Source: Octopus vulgaris
Lineage: Eukaryota
NCBI GenBank assembly: GCA_951406725.2
Contig: OX597816.1
Location: forward strand, 114,266,001 to 114,330,000
Reading direction: 5' to 3'
Length of the DNA stretch: 64,000 bases
Shown here piece by piece: positions 25,455 to 40,682 of this stretch. Position numbers and translations under genes: made by a program. Each line of letters begins with the position of its first letter. Position 1 is the first letter of the stretch. The notes below the pieces were generated by a model, which saw nothing but the letters and a program-made list of their open reading frames with translations, was not told the DNA's origin and made no database searches.

Positions 25455-25486
25455 CCTGTCTGTCTGCCTATCTGTCTGTCTATTGC

Positions 25487-25760
25487 TGTTTCAGTCATTA
25501 GACTGCGGCCATACTGAGGCACCACCCCGAAGAATTTTAATCGGACGAATCGACCCCGGTACTTATTTTTTGAGCTCGATATTTATTCTATCGGTCGGTC
25601 GTTTTTGTCGAACCCCTGAGTTACGGGGGATGTAAATACAATACTGGTTGTTAAGTGGTTGTGGTGGTGATGAACAAACGCAGACACACACACACACACA
25701 CACGACAGGCTTCTTTCAGTTTCCTTCCACCAAATTCATTAATAAGGCTTTGGTAGGCCA
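25487..25760 (-). mobile_element. SINE family A, 3' two-thirds, CpGs retained
   Basis: Reverse-complement match to 6945-7230. Confidence 0.8.
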
Positions 25761-25784
25761 CATAACGCCATGTGTTCATTTCCA

Positions 25785-25798
25785 AGTATATATATGTG

Positions 25799-25888
<90 letters not shown>

Positions 25889-26299
25889 CATACACACACA
25901 CACACATATATATATTTATATATACACACACACACACATATATATATATAGAGAGAGATAGATAGATATTTATCTTATACATAGTGACATTTTCTTGACC
26001 TTTTATGATCAGATGTATCACTATCAATGGGGGATCACCTATTTTAATATATCTCAGAGAAAGTATGGTATTCTCGACACTTATATATCATACTGCAACA
26101 AAAAAAAAAAAAATAATAATAATAAATTGTACTACCGACTACCCCTTCCGAAAATTAAAAACTAAAAACATACAAACAAAGCAAAAGAATTCACAATCCT
26201 AAACCTAAAAAAATAAACTCAAAAAGTAGATAACTACAATTACCTATTTGAGTGTGTGTCTATGTGTAAGTGTGTGTATATATATATATATATGCATAT

Positions 26300-26349
<50 letters not shown>

Positions 26350-26501
26350 ACACACACATATGTGTATACATATATATATATATACACATATATATATATG
26401 TATATGCATACATATATATATATATACACACACACATATACATATATGTGTATATACATACATATATATACACATATATATATATATACATACTTATATA
26501 T

Positions 26502-26534
<33 letters not shown>

Positions 26535-26541
26535 TACATAC

Positions 26542-26586
<45 letters not shown>

Positions 26587-26750
26587 TATATATACATATA
26601 TACATACATATATATATATACATACATATGTATACATATATATATATATACATACATATATATGTATACATATATACATATACATACATATATATGTATA
26701 CATATATACATATACATACATATATATGTATACATATATACATATACATA
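25785..26750. repeat. Two compound (TA)n/(CA)n microsatellite blocks
   Basis: 25785-25965 and 26250-26750. Confidence 0.95.
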
Positions 26751-26777
26751 AGAGAGTGGAGAAAGTGAGAGAGAGAG

Positions 26778-26963
26778 AGAGGCTCTGCGTGGTCGCCCGA
26801 GCTGGTTTGAAGGAGCATCTAAATAAACGTCAAATCACAACTCCACCCTCTTTGAAACAGATTAGTTGGATGATGTGGTCTCGGGTTCTCTACACAGTTA
26901 CGGCCAGAGCGCCCTTAATCATTATTATATCAACTCAAAATCAGGGCAGACCTGGGATTGAAC
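26778..26963 (-). repeat. Family-E repeat
   Basis: Minus strand CCCAGGTCTGCCCTGAT...ACCCGAGACCACATCATCCAAC...CGGGCGACCACGCAGAGCCTC. Confidence 0.6.
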
Positions 26964-27747
26964 AACAGTAACAACAACAACAACAACAATACGCCTTTTG
27001 GTAAACTCAATATTTTAAATTAATCCAATGTATGGCCAAATTTTTAACTCTACATACAAAAGAAAGTTACTATATGTGTGTGTGTGTGTGTAAATGTGTG
27101 TATTTATGTATGGATGTATATATATATAGTTTGTCTTTAAGAATAGCAATATATTAACCCCTCAAATATTGATTGGAGGGTCACTCAATGCTTTTCAGTA
27201 GTGTATTTTTTTTTATATATATAAAGGGGAAGATTGACAGTTATTGTCAATGTATACACATGCCTGCATGGTAAAATATATGTAATTACTTAATACACAT
27301 AAACATATATTTATGGAACATTGATATATATATGTGTGTGTGTATATAGTAAATAAATACATAATATGTATATGCACCTAAATATATATTCATATACATT
27401 TTTTGGTATTATTATATGTGTGCTGTGACTGTCAGTGCCCTGTTAGTGTGTGATTATTTCTCGATAAGGACGACGATGAAGAAATGAAATTAGCAGTCAC
27501 ATGTATTTGTGTTTCTGTTTTACGTAACACACCCAAAGAAATTGATTGAAAGAAATGACACAGAAACCACACACATCAGCAATTTAACAGTTGTTTTTAC
27601 ATAATGGCTTGAGCAGACCTGGTTTGCATACCTACACATGTTAATGTGTATGTGTGTGTATATATAAACATGTGTCTCTGTGTGTATATATATATATATA
27701 CATATCTATCTATCTATCTATATATATATATATATATACACACACAC

Positions 27748-27778
<31 letters not shown>

Positions 27779-27844
27779 TGATAGATAGATAGATAGATAA
27801 CACATATGTTCATTAAATACATATATATCTTGACATAATTATTT

Positions 27845-28030
27845 AAGCTGCTTGAATAGCAACCAAACCTCCCTCAGATCAACTTATATCTTAAAGAAAA
27901 AGGAAGGACTCAATGGATATTTTAATTTTAGATAAACTGTCTCAAAAATAAATGTAAAGCGAAAAAAAACTACTGTTTATAGCTGGAACACCTTGACCAT
28001 AGGTCAGCCTGATCTGACTAATCTGGGTTA
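27845..28030 (-). repeat. Family-E repeat
   Basis: Minus strand GATCAGGCTGACCTATGGTCAAGG...GAGGGAGGTTTGGTTGCTATT. Confidence 0.55.
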
Positions 28031-29903
28031 CATTTATTCTACTCTTATATTTTGTGTGTATACATAGACACACTCACATAGGAAAGAGAAAAAAATATCA
28101 AAACAGACACTTACTTATATACATTGAAAAAAAAAATCAGACAGGATTAATAAATACTTTGTAAATACATTGCTTCGGTTTTCTTTTTGTTTCTTTTCCT
28201 TTTCTCTCGAGATAGGCTGAATTTGTGTCAAATGGATATTTTAAACAGTCATGTATATGGAATTTTTGAAAATATATTTCAAGAGCTAAAAGGCTATTTC
28301 TAGGATATGGGAAAATTCTTCAAACATCCTTTGTTTCACTTCCTGATTATTTAAATTTTATTTTATTTATTTATCTATTTATTTATTTATCTATTTATTT
28401 ATTTATTTATTTATTTATTTTCGTTTTATTCTATAAGACAAGTTTTACTGTATCATTGATATAGAAAACAGTGGACAGGAAATGCAGAGGAACACTATAA
28501 GGGTCCATCAACTACAATTTTAAAGCATGGAAATCAATTTAAAATATGAAAAAAAAAAAAGAAAAGAAAAAGAAAAAAAGAAAACAAGCAGCAAATGAAA
28601 GAAAATTTAAATAAATAAATAAACTGCTATGCGTTATATTGCAGAAGTTGCTGTGTAGATTGAGCTAGCTGCGAGACAGAGAGAAAGGATGGTATATGTG
28701 AAAGGAGAGCCCCAAGAGAAACTTTAGCCTTTTATAATCTACAAACTGGGAGTAAAGAAAATTCAGTGATCGATTACTGAATTGCAAATTAGATTTCATT
28801 TTCCATTTGTGGTAGACATTTTCTTCAGCTCCCTTTTCTTTCTATTTATTATTATTATTATTATTATCATAATTTTTTTTTTTTCCTTAAAAGAAAGTGA
28901 AGAGCTATAGGACTAAAATTGCTAAGAATTTGTTTACTTAATTATTGTTAGTGAATGCAACAACTAAGAAGGTTAGCTAGAGCAATTATGCAGGTGAGAA
29001 GATACAAATGCAAACAGACAAAAAAAAAAACAATAACAATAAAAGATTCTTAACAGCTGATAAATCTTTCTTCGTTCTTTTCATGTTTTTTTCTCCCCTT
29101 ATCTTTCAGTACTTCTCTTGACTCTTTTATTACAATCCCTCTTCTCTTTTCTCTCTCTCTCTCTTTCTCTCTAGTTTAATCTTGAAATTCTGAAATTCTC
29201 TGGTCAAGAGACCCATACCCTCCATTTCTTCAAAAACTATAAGCTACACCAGCATAAAGAAACCGCTTGAAAAAGTGAAGAAGAAAACTAGTCACGAACA
29301 AAATCAGACCCTTATTTGATATGGGTGATAGAAACAGCAGCACTGCATGCTGTGATGTCCAAAATTTGGATCTTGAGGTCAAACCAAGAATTTGGTGTTT
29401 GAGGTCAAAATTTATAGTCACAATCTTCTTTTTATCTTACAATAATTACTGTTGTGGATGTGGATGTGAGCGTGCAAGCACATAAATACACATACAATTA
29501 CAGCAACATTAATGTGAAGTATAATAGATGGAGCAAAGGAACATAAATGTAATACTATCCATTCAAAAGACACATTCTATGCGTATCATAAAGGAAAAGA
29601 TGGAATCAAGCATGTGGGAGGATAGCTATATAAACATAAGGAAATAATTGGTTGATTACAAACTATTGACAAACGGAAGAGAGTAGGTGGTTTGAAGCAA
29701 GCGTGGCAGTATAGAAGAGAATCAGTCTACAGCAATAACAATATATATACATTTTTATATATGTGTGTGTGTGTGCGTGTGTGTGAGTATACATGTGTGT
29801 GTGTGTATGTATGTATGTATAGTTTGTGTATGTATACATTAATTCATTGATGTATGCAGATGCAACATAACAAAAACACATCCACAATCCTTCTCTCTCT
29901 TTC

Positions 29904-29951
<48 letters not shown>

Positions 29952-30373
29952 AATGCATATATATGTGTGTGTGTATTTATACATGTATGTGTGTGTGTGT
30001 GTGTATAAATACACACACACACATACACGCACATCTTAATGCTATGTAAGGTAGTGGGATGGAGCGGTAATATTCTATCAATCCCTGAAGTATGAAATAG
30101 GTTCAAATTCAATAGACCTTTAACTTTCACAACATCTAGCACTGGACTATAGAGATACTATTGAAACGAAAGAGTCCTACTTATTGCCACTTCCCCCTGA
30201 TCTAACTTCCCTTCACGATTTCTCCCTCTTTCTTCTTTTCCCTACTTACATATATATTACACTGAATGACTGAAATGATTGCCACTTGTCTCAACTCCTG
30301 GAAATGTTTTCTTCATACAATAACATTAAAAAAATAATAGGACTCCTTTTCATCTCCAACAAAGTTACTGCTG

Positions 30374-30414
<41 letters not shown>

Positions 30415-30679
30415 CCTTTCTACTAAAGGCACAAGGCCTGAAATTTAGGGGAAGGGGACTTGTCAGTTACCCCAATGTTTCACTGGTACTTAATTTATTG
30501 ATTTATTAATACCTGAAAGGATGAAAGGTGAAGTTGACCTTCGCGGAATTTGATCTCAGAACATAGCGATGGGCAAAATACCACTAAGCATTTTGTCCAG
30601 CATGCTAATGATTCTGCCAGCTCACTGCCTTAATAATGATGATAATAATAATAATAATAATAATGATAATATCAATAAT

Positions 30680-31012
30680 GGGGGAGCATCATAGCCATGT
30701 GTTGAAAGGAATTCTTGGAGTTTTGGATAATCCACCTTTGGAAACATGGGTGGTTCGTTCAACATCCTTAAACAACTCTTATTCAGGGACCTTTTGAGCG
30801 AGATGGGTTACTTGACCAGAAGAAAATTCTAACTAGGCCCCACTTGCAAGGTCATGCACTGTTTATCTTGATATGAGATCACCATGTCGTGCACATGTGG
30901 TTGTGATGCATGTGCCTAGTGTACCCTTATCAGACGGGTAGTCATGATGGGTATACTGGGCTTCATATATTTTACCCCAGTGTCACTTTGATGGCATGCA
31001 CTGCTCTCTCAC

Positions 31013-31058
<46 letters not shown>
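30680..31058 (+). mobile_element. Probable retroposon 3' end with (AAT)n tail, unclassified
   Basis: GC-richer block bounded by (AAT)n on both sides; single copy here, so class is inferred. Confidence 0.4.
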
Positions 31059-31061
<3 letters not shown>

Positions 31062-31276
31062 TGATGATGATGGTTTCAAATTTTTGTCTTAAGGCCAGCA
31101 AGTTCCAGGGAGAGCTCAATTAGTACTTATTTTATTGATCCTGGAAGGATAACAGGCAAAGCCAACTTTGGCAGACTTTGAGCTCAAAACATAAAGACAT
31201 GTGAAATGCTGCTAAACATTTTGTCTTGTGTGCAATGATTCTACCAGCTTAATAATAAAAATCAGTATTATAATAT

Positions 31277-31515
31277 TAACAAGAGCACTCAGAGAGCACA
31301 AACCTCCGCCAAAGTAATAGCAACATCCTCTCAACGATTAGCCAGTGATGACTTTTAAAATGAGAATATCTGAAACTCAACTGCTCTCACAAATGAGAAT
31401 ACTAAAAATGAACCTGACTGCTCTCAAAAATTAAGTTAAAAAACAGGAAAAATAATCCAGAATCCTTGTCTGGTACCATATCGATCCCAAAATCTAATCA
31501 GTTCATACCAGTTAT
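31277..31515 (+). mobile_element. Probable non-autonomous DNA element end (Helentron/HINE-like)
   Basis: Starts TAACAAGAGCACTCAGAGAGCACAAACCTCCGCCAA and has an internal duplicated CTGCTCTCA/AATGAGAATA unit; class recalled, not verified. Confidence 0.35.
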
Positions 31516-32650
31516 GATGCATCTTGTCTGGTGTGTTAATCAGATTGCTGCTGCTGGTTCACCACCATGATGATTACAATAATAATGGTTTCATATTTTG
31601 GTACAAGTACAGCAAGTTCAAAGGAATGAGTAAATCAATTACATCGCCCCTCCCCACTCCTGTGCTTAACTGGTGCTAATTTTATTGACCCCTGAGAGGG
31701 TGAATGGTAAAGTTGACCCTGGTGGAATTTGAACTCAGAACGTTAAGATGGATGAAGTACTGCTAAGCCTTTTGCCTGGCATGTTAATGATTCTTCCAGC
31801 TCTTAGCTTTAATACTCCTTCATACTATAGGCATAAGACCTGAAATTTTGGGAGAGGGGGTGGGGATAGTCAATTACATCAGTCCCAATGCATAACTGGT
31901 ACTTATTTCATCGACCCCAAAAGGATGAAAGGCAAAGTTGACCTTGGCAGAATTTGAACTCAGAACATAAAGGCCAACAAAATACACCTAAGCATTTTGC
32001 CTGGTGTACTAACGATTCTGCCTGATCACCACCTTGCTCGTAGCTTTAATAATACTATTACTACTAATAATAATAATGACTGATTTTTAATTCGCTACAA
32101 GAATGATGAATGCAAAATCAAAAATACATATGCTGGATATAAAAAATAAAAAAAAAATATAACATATATGTCTCAAAAGAGGAGATAGTAACCAAGAGCA
32201 AAATTGGCTACTCAAATATGCTTAAATGCTTTTCAGACACTAGAGCAGAAGCATTCTCCCTACTAGGAAATTACAAATGCTAAGTGAAATTGAAAACATC
32301 CAGCCTCACCACTATACTAGGCTCACTGCTCTCACACACCTTTCAGGAAATTAACTGGAGGACAGCAATTTCTTGCCCACTCTTATCTTTCAAGTGGTTC
32401 AAGTTGGTGATTTTTTATCTCTGGGCTAAGCTCTCATTAATCATATCTGTCACACAATCACTTTTGCTGTAAGTATCAGACAAAGGAAAAACTGTCCTCC
32501 CTTCATTAAGAAAGTTGTGTCACCATCTTAATGATCTCAACAATGGACTCATTTGACAGACAGTGCCATCCCATGTATCATAATAGCTATTCAACACAAA
32601 TAAAGATAACATAGGCTCAGGGCCATTGATGTGTAGACACGCCCCATGCC

Positions 32651-32923
32651 TAAGAAGCTTGCTTACCAACCACATGGTTCCGGGTTCAGTCCCACTGCGT
32701 GGCACCTTGGGCAAATGTCTTCTACTATAGCCTTGGGCCAACCAAAGCCTTGTGAGTGGATTTGGTAGACGGAAACTGAAAAGAAGCCCGTCGTATATAT
32801 GTATATATATGTATGTGTGTGTGTATATGTTTGTGTGTCTGTGTTTGTTCCCCCAACATCGCTTGACAACCAATGCTGGTGTGTTTACATCCCCGTAACT
32901 TAGTGGTTCGGCAAAAGAGACCA
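32651..32923 (+). mobile_element. SINE family A, young truncated copy
   Basis: Very close match to 6858-7130. Confidence 0.9.
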
Positions 32924-33028
32924 AAGGATCTTCTCAGCTCTATGCTGTCTCTGCTCATCTACTAACTTTATGGAGAGCACTAGGTGCTTTTTTTTATCAG
33001 TGCACCAGCACTTGTGAGTTTCTTCTAC

Positions 33029-33061
<33 letters not shown>

Positions 33062-33113
33062 TATATACATGATATATATATGCCCATCACTTACAATCGA
33101 CTATGACTTGGCA

Positions 33114-33160
33114 TCTACTGATGAGCTCTTGGTGCTAACATAGAGCAGACACATCAAATA
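33114..33160 (+). ncRNA. Degenerate hammerhead-like motif
   Basis: CTGATGA-GCTCT-tggtgctaacat-AGAGC (perfect 5-bp stem II) followed by AGACACATC instead of GAAAC..GTC. Confidence 0.3.
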
Positions 33161-33559
33161 TCTTCATGCTCTCAGCCTTTACACAATGGAACATGCAGAT
33201 GACATCTGGGGAGACCAGCCCTGGGCTGATAATCCATGTATTGATATTGAAAGGATAAATATCAATACTCAAAACAGCAGGATTTGATTTTAGGATGCAG
33301 AAAGCTAAGCAGTTTCACCCTGCATTCCATCAATTGATCTAGTGTAGTAATGTGCATATATGTGTAATTTTATATCTGTGTGTGTTTGTGTGTTGTTGAT
33401 AATCTGTTGATTAAGCAAGAAATCATTGCTCACCTGTTTTACCTGATTGTCTGATGAGTTTGGAATTATATAAACATACATACATTATCTACATAATATA
33501 TGCACAGTTATTCTACATACATACACACACACACAAATATACATATGTATCTATATATA

Positions 33560-33986
33560 TCATTATGACCATCATAATTAAATGCCCACTTTTCCATGCT
33601 TGCACGGGTTAGACAAAATTTGTTGATAAATTTTCTATAGCTGGATGCTCTTCCTGTCACCAACTCTGATTTTATTTCTCCAGCCATGGTTTTCACAGAC
33701 AACTGGATACAAACAACATTTCTTGATGATTTAGTGCTCGTTTACTACCACTGTGTGATGTCAAGACAAGGGTATACACAGACACACATACATGCACACA
33801 CAGTACATATAAATATATACATATATGATGGACTTCTTTAAGTTCCCATTTCCCAAATCTACTTACAAAGCTTTGGTTGGCCAAAGACTAGAGTAGAAGA
33901 CACTTGCCTAAGGTGCCATCCAATAGGACTGAACCCAAGGCAACATGGTCGGGAAGCAAGCTTCTTAACCACACAGCCACACATCT
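33560..33986 (-). mobile_element. SINE, family-A head with RTE-type tail
   Basis: Reverse complement of the architecture at 1541-1953. Confidence 0.8.
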
Positions 33987-34007
33987 ATATATGTGTGTGT
34001 CTGTCTG

Positions 34008-34064
<57 letters not shown>

Positions 34065-34199
34065 TCAGGGTGAGAGATATTGATTTTTCACAGTTATAAT
34101 TGATTGATTTCTTTCATATAATTTATTAATGTAATCTCATATAGCTACTGAGGTGGATTGTTTAACTTGCTCCATACTCACACACACATGCATGCACAC

Positions 34200-35790
<1,591 letters not shown>

Positions 35791-36616
35791 AAAGCAGAGA
35801 ACAGTTGAAGAAAATTATCTTCAATTTTATTATAATTTCTTTATTTATGGCATACACAGTAGAATCTTCTCATTTTTTAAAATTAATCTTTCTAGTCTAC
35901 TGTTCCTTCCTTCCCCCTTCATTGTCACCATCCAAAAGAAATACAGGCAAGCGTGCATGCATGCACACATATAAATAGATAATTAACCAGCCACACACAT
36001 TAGCACACGCACGCACGCACGCACACATACACACATACACACATACACACATACACACTGCATAACCTAAATCAACTTTTGCATTTTTGAATAACAGTTC
36101 TTTATCAGAAATTTATTTTCATAACTGCTTTCAAATGAGCCCAGTTGTTATGGCAACCAACTGCAAACAGGGATCTCCTGCATCAGCAGCAGCAGTAAGC
36201 ACATAAAATGCTATGCAATCCCTTTCACTCATAGACAGCACTATTAGCCAGCTGCTTGAAAACTACTTTGATGACAATTTCATAGATATAAAGAAAGGAA
36301 TTTTAAATCCCCTCCACACACGGATTTACATTTTGTTTATTTATTCTTTAAAATATTTTTGGGGTAATTTATTATCATCATTAATATTAGCGAGACAGTT
36401 GAACAGGGGTAAGCTCTCAGCAAGCCTTGCCTGCGACCTGGTTTCCATTCTCCATTGTATTTATTTCCCTAATATCCCTAATGTTCTGCAGGGAGAAAGG
36501 AAAAATAATCATGCAAGTCACACAATCTTATTATCACTCTCCTATAAATCTGACACTGAGTGCCTATGTAAGGAAATATTATTATCATGATTATTATTAC
36601 TATTATTATTGTTAAT

Positions 36617-37048
36617 ATTCTTTTCTACTCTAGGCACAAGGCCCGAAATTTTGGGGGTGGGGGCCAGCTAAGATTGTCCCCCAGTATGCAACTGGTACTA
36701 AGTTTATTGACCCCAAAAGGATGAAAGGCAAAGTTGACCTTGGCGGAATTTGAACTCAGAACATAAAGACAGACGAAATACCACTAAACATTTCACCTGG
36801 TGTGCTAATGTTTCTTATTTCTTTATTATCCACAAGAGGCTAAACATAGAGGGGACAAACAAGGACAGACAAAGGGATTAAGTTGATTACATCGACCCCA
36901 GTGCATAACTGGTTCTTAATTTATCGACCCTGAAAGGATGAAAGGCAAAGATGACCTCGGCGGAATTTGAACTCAGAACGTAAAGGCAGATGAAATACCA
37001 CTAAGCATTTTGCCTGGCGTGCTAATGTTTCTGCCAGCTTGCCACCTT
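36617..37048 (-). mobile_element. Dimeric family-C SINE
   Basis: Long-tail monomer (36815-37048) joined to a short-tail monomer (36617-36814); same junction as 50721-51166. Confidence 0.85.
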
Positions 37049-37070
37049 ATTATTACTGTTATTATTGTTA

Positions 37071-37700
37071 GGGCAGTAAGCTAGCAGAATCATTAGCAAG
37101 CTGGAGAAAATGTTTAGCAGTATTTTGTCCATCTTAATGTTTTTAGTTTAAATGCCACTGGGTTGAGCTTTGCCTTTCATCTTTTTTTGCAGTTTATGAA
37201 ATAAGTAGCAGTTGACCACTGGAGCTGGCTGTATCAATTAGGCCCTTTCTTAAAAAATTTCAGACCTTAAGCCTATAGCAGAAAGGATTATTAGTGGTAT
37301 TTCGTTCGTCGTTATGCTCTAAGTTCAAATTCTGCTGAGGTCAACTTTGCTTTTCATCCTTTCGGGGTCAATTAAATAAGTACCAGTTGTACACTGGGGT
37401 TGATGTAAATGACTTAATCCCTTCCCCCAGATTTCAGGTCTTGTGCCTACAGTAGGAAGGATTATTATTGTTATTATTAGGATGGTGAACTGACAGGATC
37501 ATTAGCATGCCAAACAAAATGCTTAGTGGGGTATTGTCTGTCTTTATGTTCCGAGTTCAAATTCCAATGAGGTCAATTTTGCTTTTCACCCTTTTAGGGG
37601 TCAGCAAATTAAGTACCAGTCAAGTACTGGAGTTGATGTAATTGACTGGTCCTCTCCCCCAGAATTTCAGACTTTGTGCCTTTAGCAGAAAGGATTATTA
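37071..37700 (+). mobile_element. Three tandem family-C SINEs
   Basis: 37071-37291, 37291-37465 (5' truncated), 37479-37700, each ending GAAAGGATTATT-like. Confidence 0.85.
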
Positions 37701-38379
37701 TTATTACTATTATTATTATTATTATTATTATTTAACATAATTCTTCTATCACAGAAAGCAGGGATTAACAGAATTGGCTGGTGGGATAGACAAGAAAAAG
37801 AGTCTGCTGTTTAGTTTAACTTTTGAGTTCAAAGTTCACTGGCAATGGCTTTGACATTAAACTTGCTAGAGTAGATAAAATGGGTACCAGTAATACACTA
37901 GTTTCGATTATAGATATTTCCTATCATTTTGAGAACTCTAGCCTTTATATGTGTGTGAGAGAATGTATATATATATATATGTGGGTGTATGTGCTCTTGT
38001 TACATTTGACGTCGTCACATGAAGGCATTAAGCAAAAATGGTGGCATTTGTTGATATTCACTGCTGGCAAATCATCCTGTGGCTCTGCACTTTCACAGGT
38101 GAATGGAATTAAGTGGAATAATCATTACTAGAAAAACAAGTAAGAGTTAGCAACAAAAAACAGCAACCAGGTGTAAAACACTGCTTCAATGTGTACTAGG
38201 CGAACCCATGCTGGCATGGACAAATGGATGTAAGTCAAATGCATATGTATGTAAATATGCATATATGCAAGCATGCATACATACATAAATATATACACAT
38301 AAATATATATATATATATATGTATGTGTGTGAGTGTGTTCATATAAATATACTTACACACAAACATACATATAATGAAC

Positions 38380-38412
<33 letters not shown>

Positions 38413-38463
38413 GTGTTTATATAAATATACTTATACATAAACATACATATAATTAGCTATATA

Positions 38464-38504
<41 letters not shown>

Positions 38505-38505
<1 letters not shown>

Positions 38506-38571
38506 ACAGATAGACAGATATAGATAGATAGATAGATAGATAGGTAGATAGGCAGATAGATAAATAGATAG

Positions 38572-38656
<85 letters not shown>

Positions 38657-38670
38657 CAGACAGATAGATA
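38505..38670. repeat. (GATA)n microsatellite
   Basis: Directly visible. Confidence 0.95.
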
Positions 38671-38671
38671 G

Positions 38672-38810
38672 CATCATCACTACCATTTAATGTCTATGTT
38701 CCATACTGACATGGGTTAGATGGTTTGATAGGATCCAATGGGTCCAAGGATTGCATTGTGTACCAATGTCTGCTTTGGCATGGTGTCTACAGCTGAATGC
38801 CCTTCCTAAC
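38672..38810 (-). mobile_element. RTE LINE tail fragment
   Basis: CCATACTGACATGGGTTAGATGGTTTGA...CTACAGCTGAATGCCCTTCCTAAC. Confidence 0.7.
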
Positions 38811-38949
38811 TTTAAATAAATATACATATATTTCGGAACATCAACCAAATTCACTCATAATGCTTCATGAAAGAATCTCATAGATGTAAACTATATTCTT
38901 GCACATATATATGAGTCTGTATTTGTGCACATGTATTATTGTCATTACA

Positions 38950-39329
38950 ACATCATTATATTTTAGTATTCACTTTTGCATGCTCGCATAGGTCAAACAG
39001 AATTCACTGAGTTAGATTTCCTATGGCCTGATGCCTTTCCTGTCACCAACCCTCACCTGTTTCCAAGTAAGATAATAGTTAGATAATAGGCATATTTCAT
39101 GCAAGATTGGAAGCACAGTACACTGCTTGTATGATGGTGACACTTATTCACAACTATCATGTGACATCAAAACAAGAAGACACTTACACACACACACACA
39201 CACACATGTATAAAACAGGTTTACTTTGGTTTGTGTCCATCTAAATGACTTAGAGGGCTTTGGAATTATATTAGAAGATTTGCCCATGATGCTAAGCTGT
39301 AAGACTTAACAACAAAGCCATGTCTGCAA

Positions 39330-39331
<2 letters not shown>
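38950..39331 (-). mobile_element. Old SINE, family-A head with RTE-type tail
   Basis: GATGCCTTTCCTGTCACCAACCCTCACCTGTTTCCAAG matches the reverse complement of 1830-1875. Confidence 0.7.
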
Positions 39332-39372
<41 letters not shown>

Positions 39373-39979
39373 CATACACACAGACACACGTGCATACACA
39401 TATATCATCATCTCACATATATGTATAAAGTGCCAATATAATATGTAATTTGCAGAGTCTCATTTGTAGAATATTTATCTATTATACTTGAACTTTTCCT
39501 ATAATTGTGGTAAATATTATTTAATACAATATCCTCGAAGAAGCAAAACCGAAATTATATTTACATTTATGTAGATATACGACCTTCTTTATATGTACAC
39601 TGGTGAATATGTGTGCTTTTCTCTGATATGTGATTCATGCCAACATATGAAACCTAAAATGATTCCATGGATTATTTTGGATTTAAAATTCTCCTAATTG
39701 AAGTATAGCAAGGCAATTAGTTCCACAAACAAAATTACCATTCTCTAATGACTGCTGAAAAATTTTCTTAAAATATGTATTCATACATCTTGAATTATAC
39801 CATTTCTCTCTCTCTCTCTCACTGTATGTGTCTTGGCCTCTCTTTCTACAAACATGTCTAAATATGTGTGTGCCTGTACAAATGTATGTACTTATATAAA
39901 CACATGCACACAAACACATATGCATATAAATACATACATACACATCTATGTGCGTGTATATTGTTCTATGTCCTTTGTT

Positions 39980-40560
39980 TTATGCTGGTATATGCTCGAT
40001 GGAAGCAATAATCTTTGGCTGGATGCTGCTTCCTGTTTTACTGTTTCATACTCCAACAACACAGTGTTGAAGGATGCGATGTTAACTAGGAACGTAAACA
40101 CATCAAAACCACTTTCATTCAAACAATCTCATATGAGAAGTGGAAATGACACCTCATATACTCACATACATACCCCCCACACACACACACACATACACTC
40201 ATGCAGTTTTTGTCAACTAATTTTTACTTACAAAGCATTGATGCACTTGGTGTAATTGCAGAAGACTCTTCTCCAAGCTACTTCACAATGGGACTGAACT
40301 CAAGACTATGTGGTTGTGAAGCAGCTTTCTTAACTGTACAGCCATGCCTGCACCTACACAGCCATAAGTACATATTCTTTTACTCTTTTATTTGTTTCAG
40401 TCATTCATTTGATTATAGCCTTGCTGGAGCACCACCTTTAGTCGAACAAATCGACCCTAGTACTTATTCTATCGGTCTCTTTTGCCAAACTGCTAAGTTA
40501 TGGAGATGTAAACATACCAACATCGGTTGTCAAGTGATGGTGGAGGAACAAACACAGACA

Positions 40561-40612
<52 letters not shown>

Positions 40613-40682
40613 TACATACATACATACATACATACATACATACATACATACATACATACATACATACATACATACATACATA
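39980..40682 (-). mobile_element. Two family-A SINE pieces plus (CA)n(CATA)n
   Basis: Head ends at 40355; second element's 3' half at 40376-40560 runs into the microsatellite. Confidence 0.75.

Larger units (their letters stand above)
18900..27000. promoter_or_regulatory. CpG-retaining (putatively unmethylated) domain
   Basis: CpG dinucleotides visibly frequent here and scarce in the flanks; the embedded SINE at 25487 keeps its CpGs; judged by eye, not computed. Confidence 0.6.
30412..32035 (-). mobile_element. Cluster of four same-orientation family-C SINEs (30412-30631, 31071-31250, 31586-31803, 31815-32035)
   Basis: Each has AAGGATGAAAGGCAAAGTTGACC...GAATTTGAACTCAGAA-like sequence; separated by (AAT)n tracts and other repeats. 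Confidence 0.85.

Noticed and set aside
30412-32035. Regularly recurring motifs suggestive of a CRISPR-like array
   Set aside because: Diverged ~220-bp SINE copies in eukaryotic DNA; no short identical repeats, unique spacers or cas genes
33447-33482. CTGATGA-GTTT...AAAC hammerhead-like start
   Set aside because: No GAAA and no stem I partner
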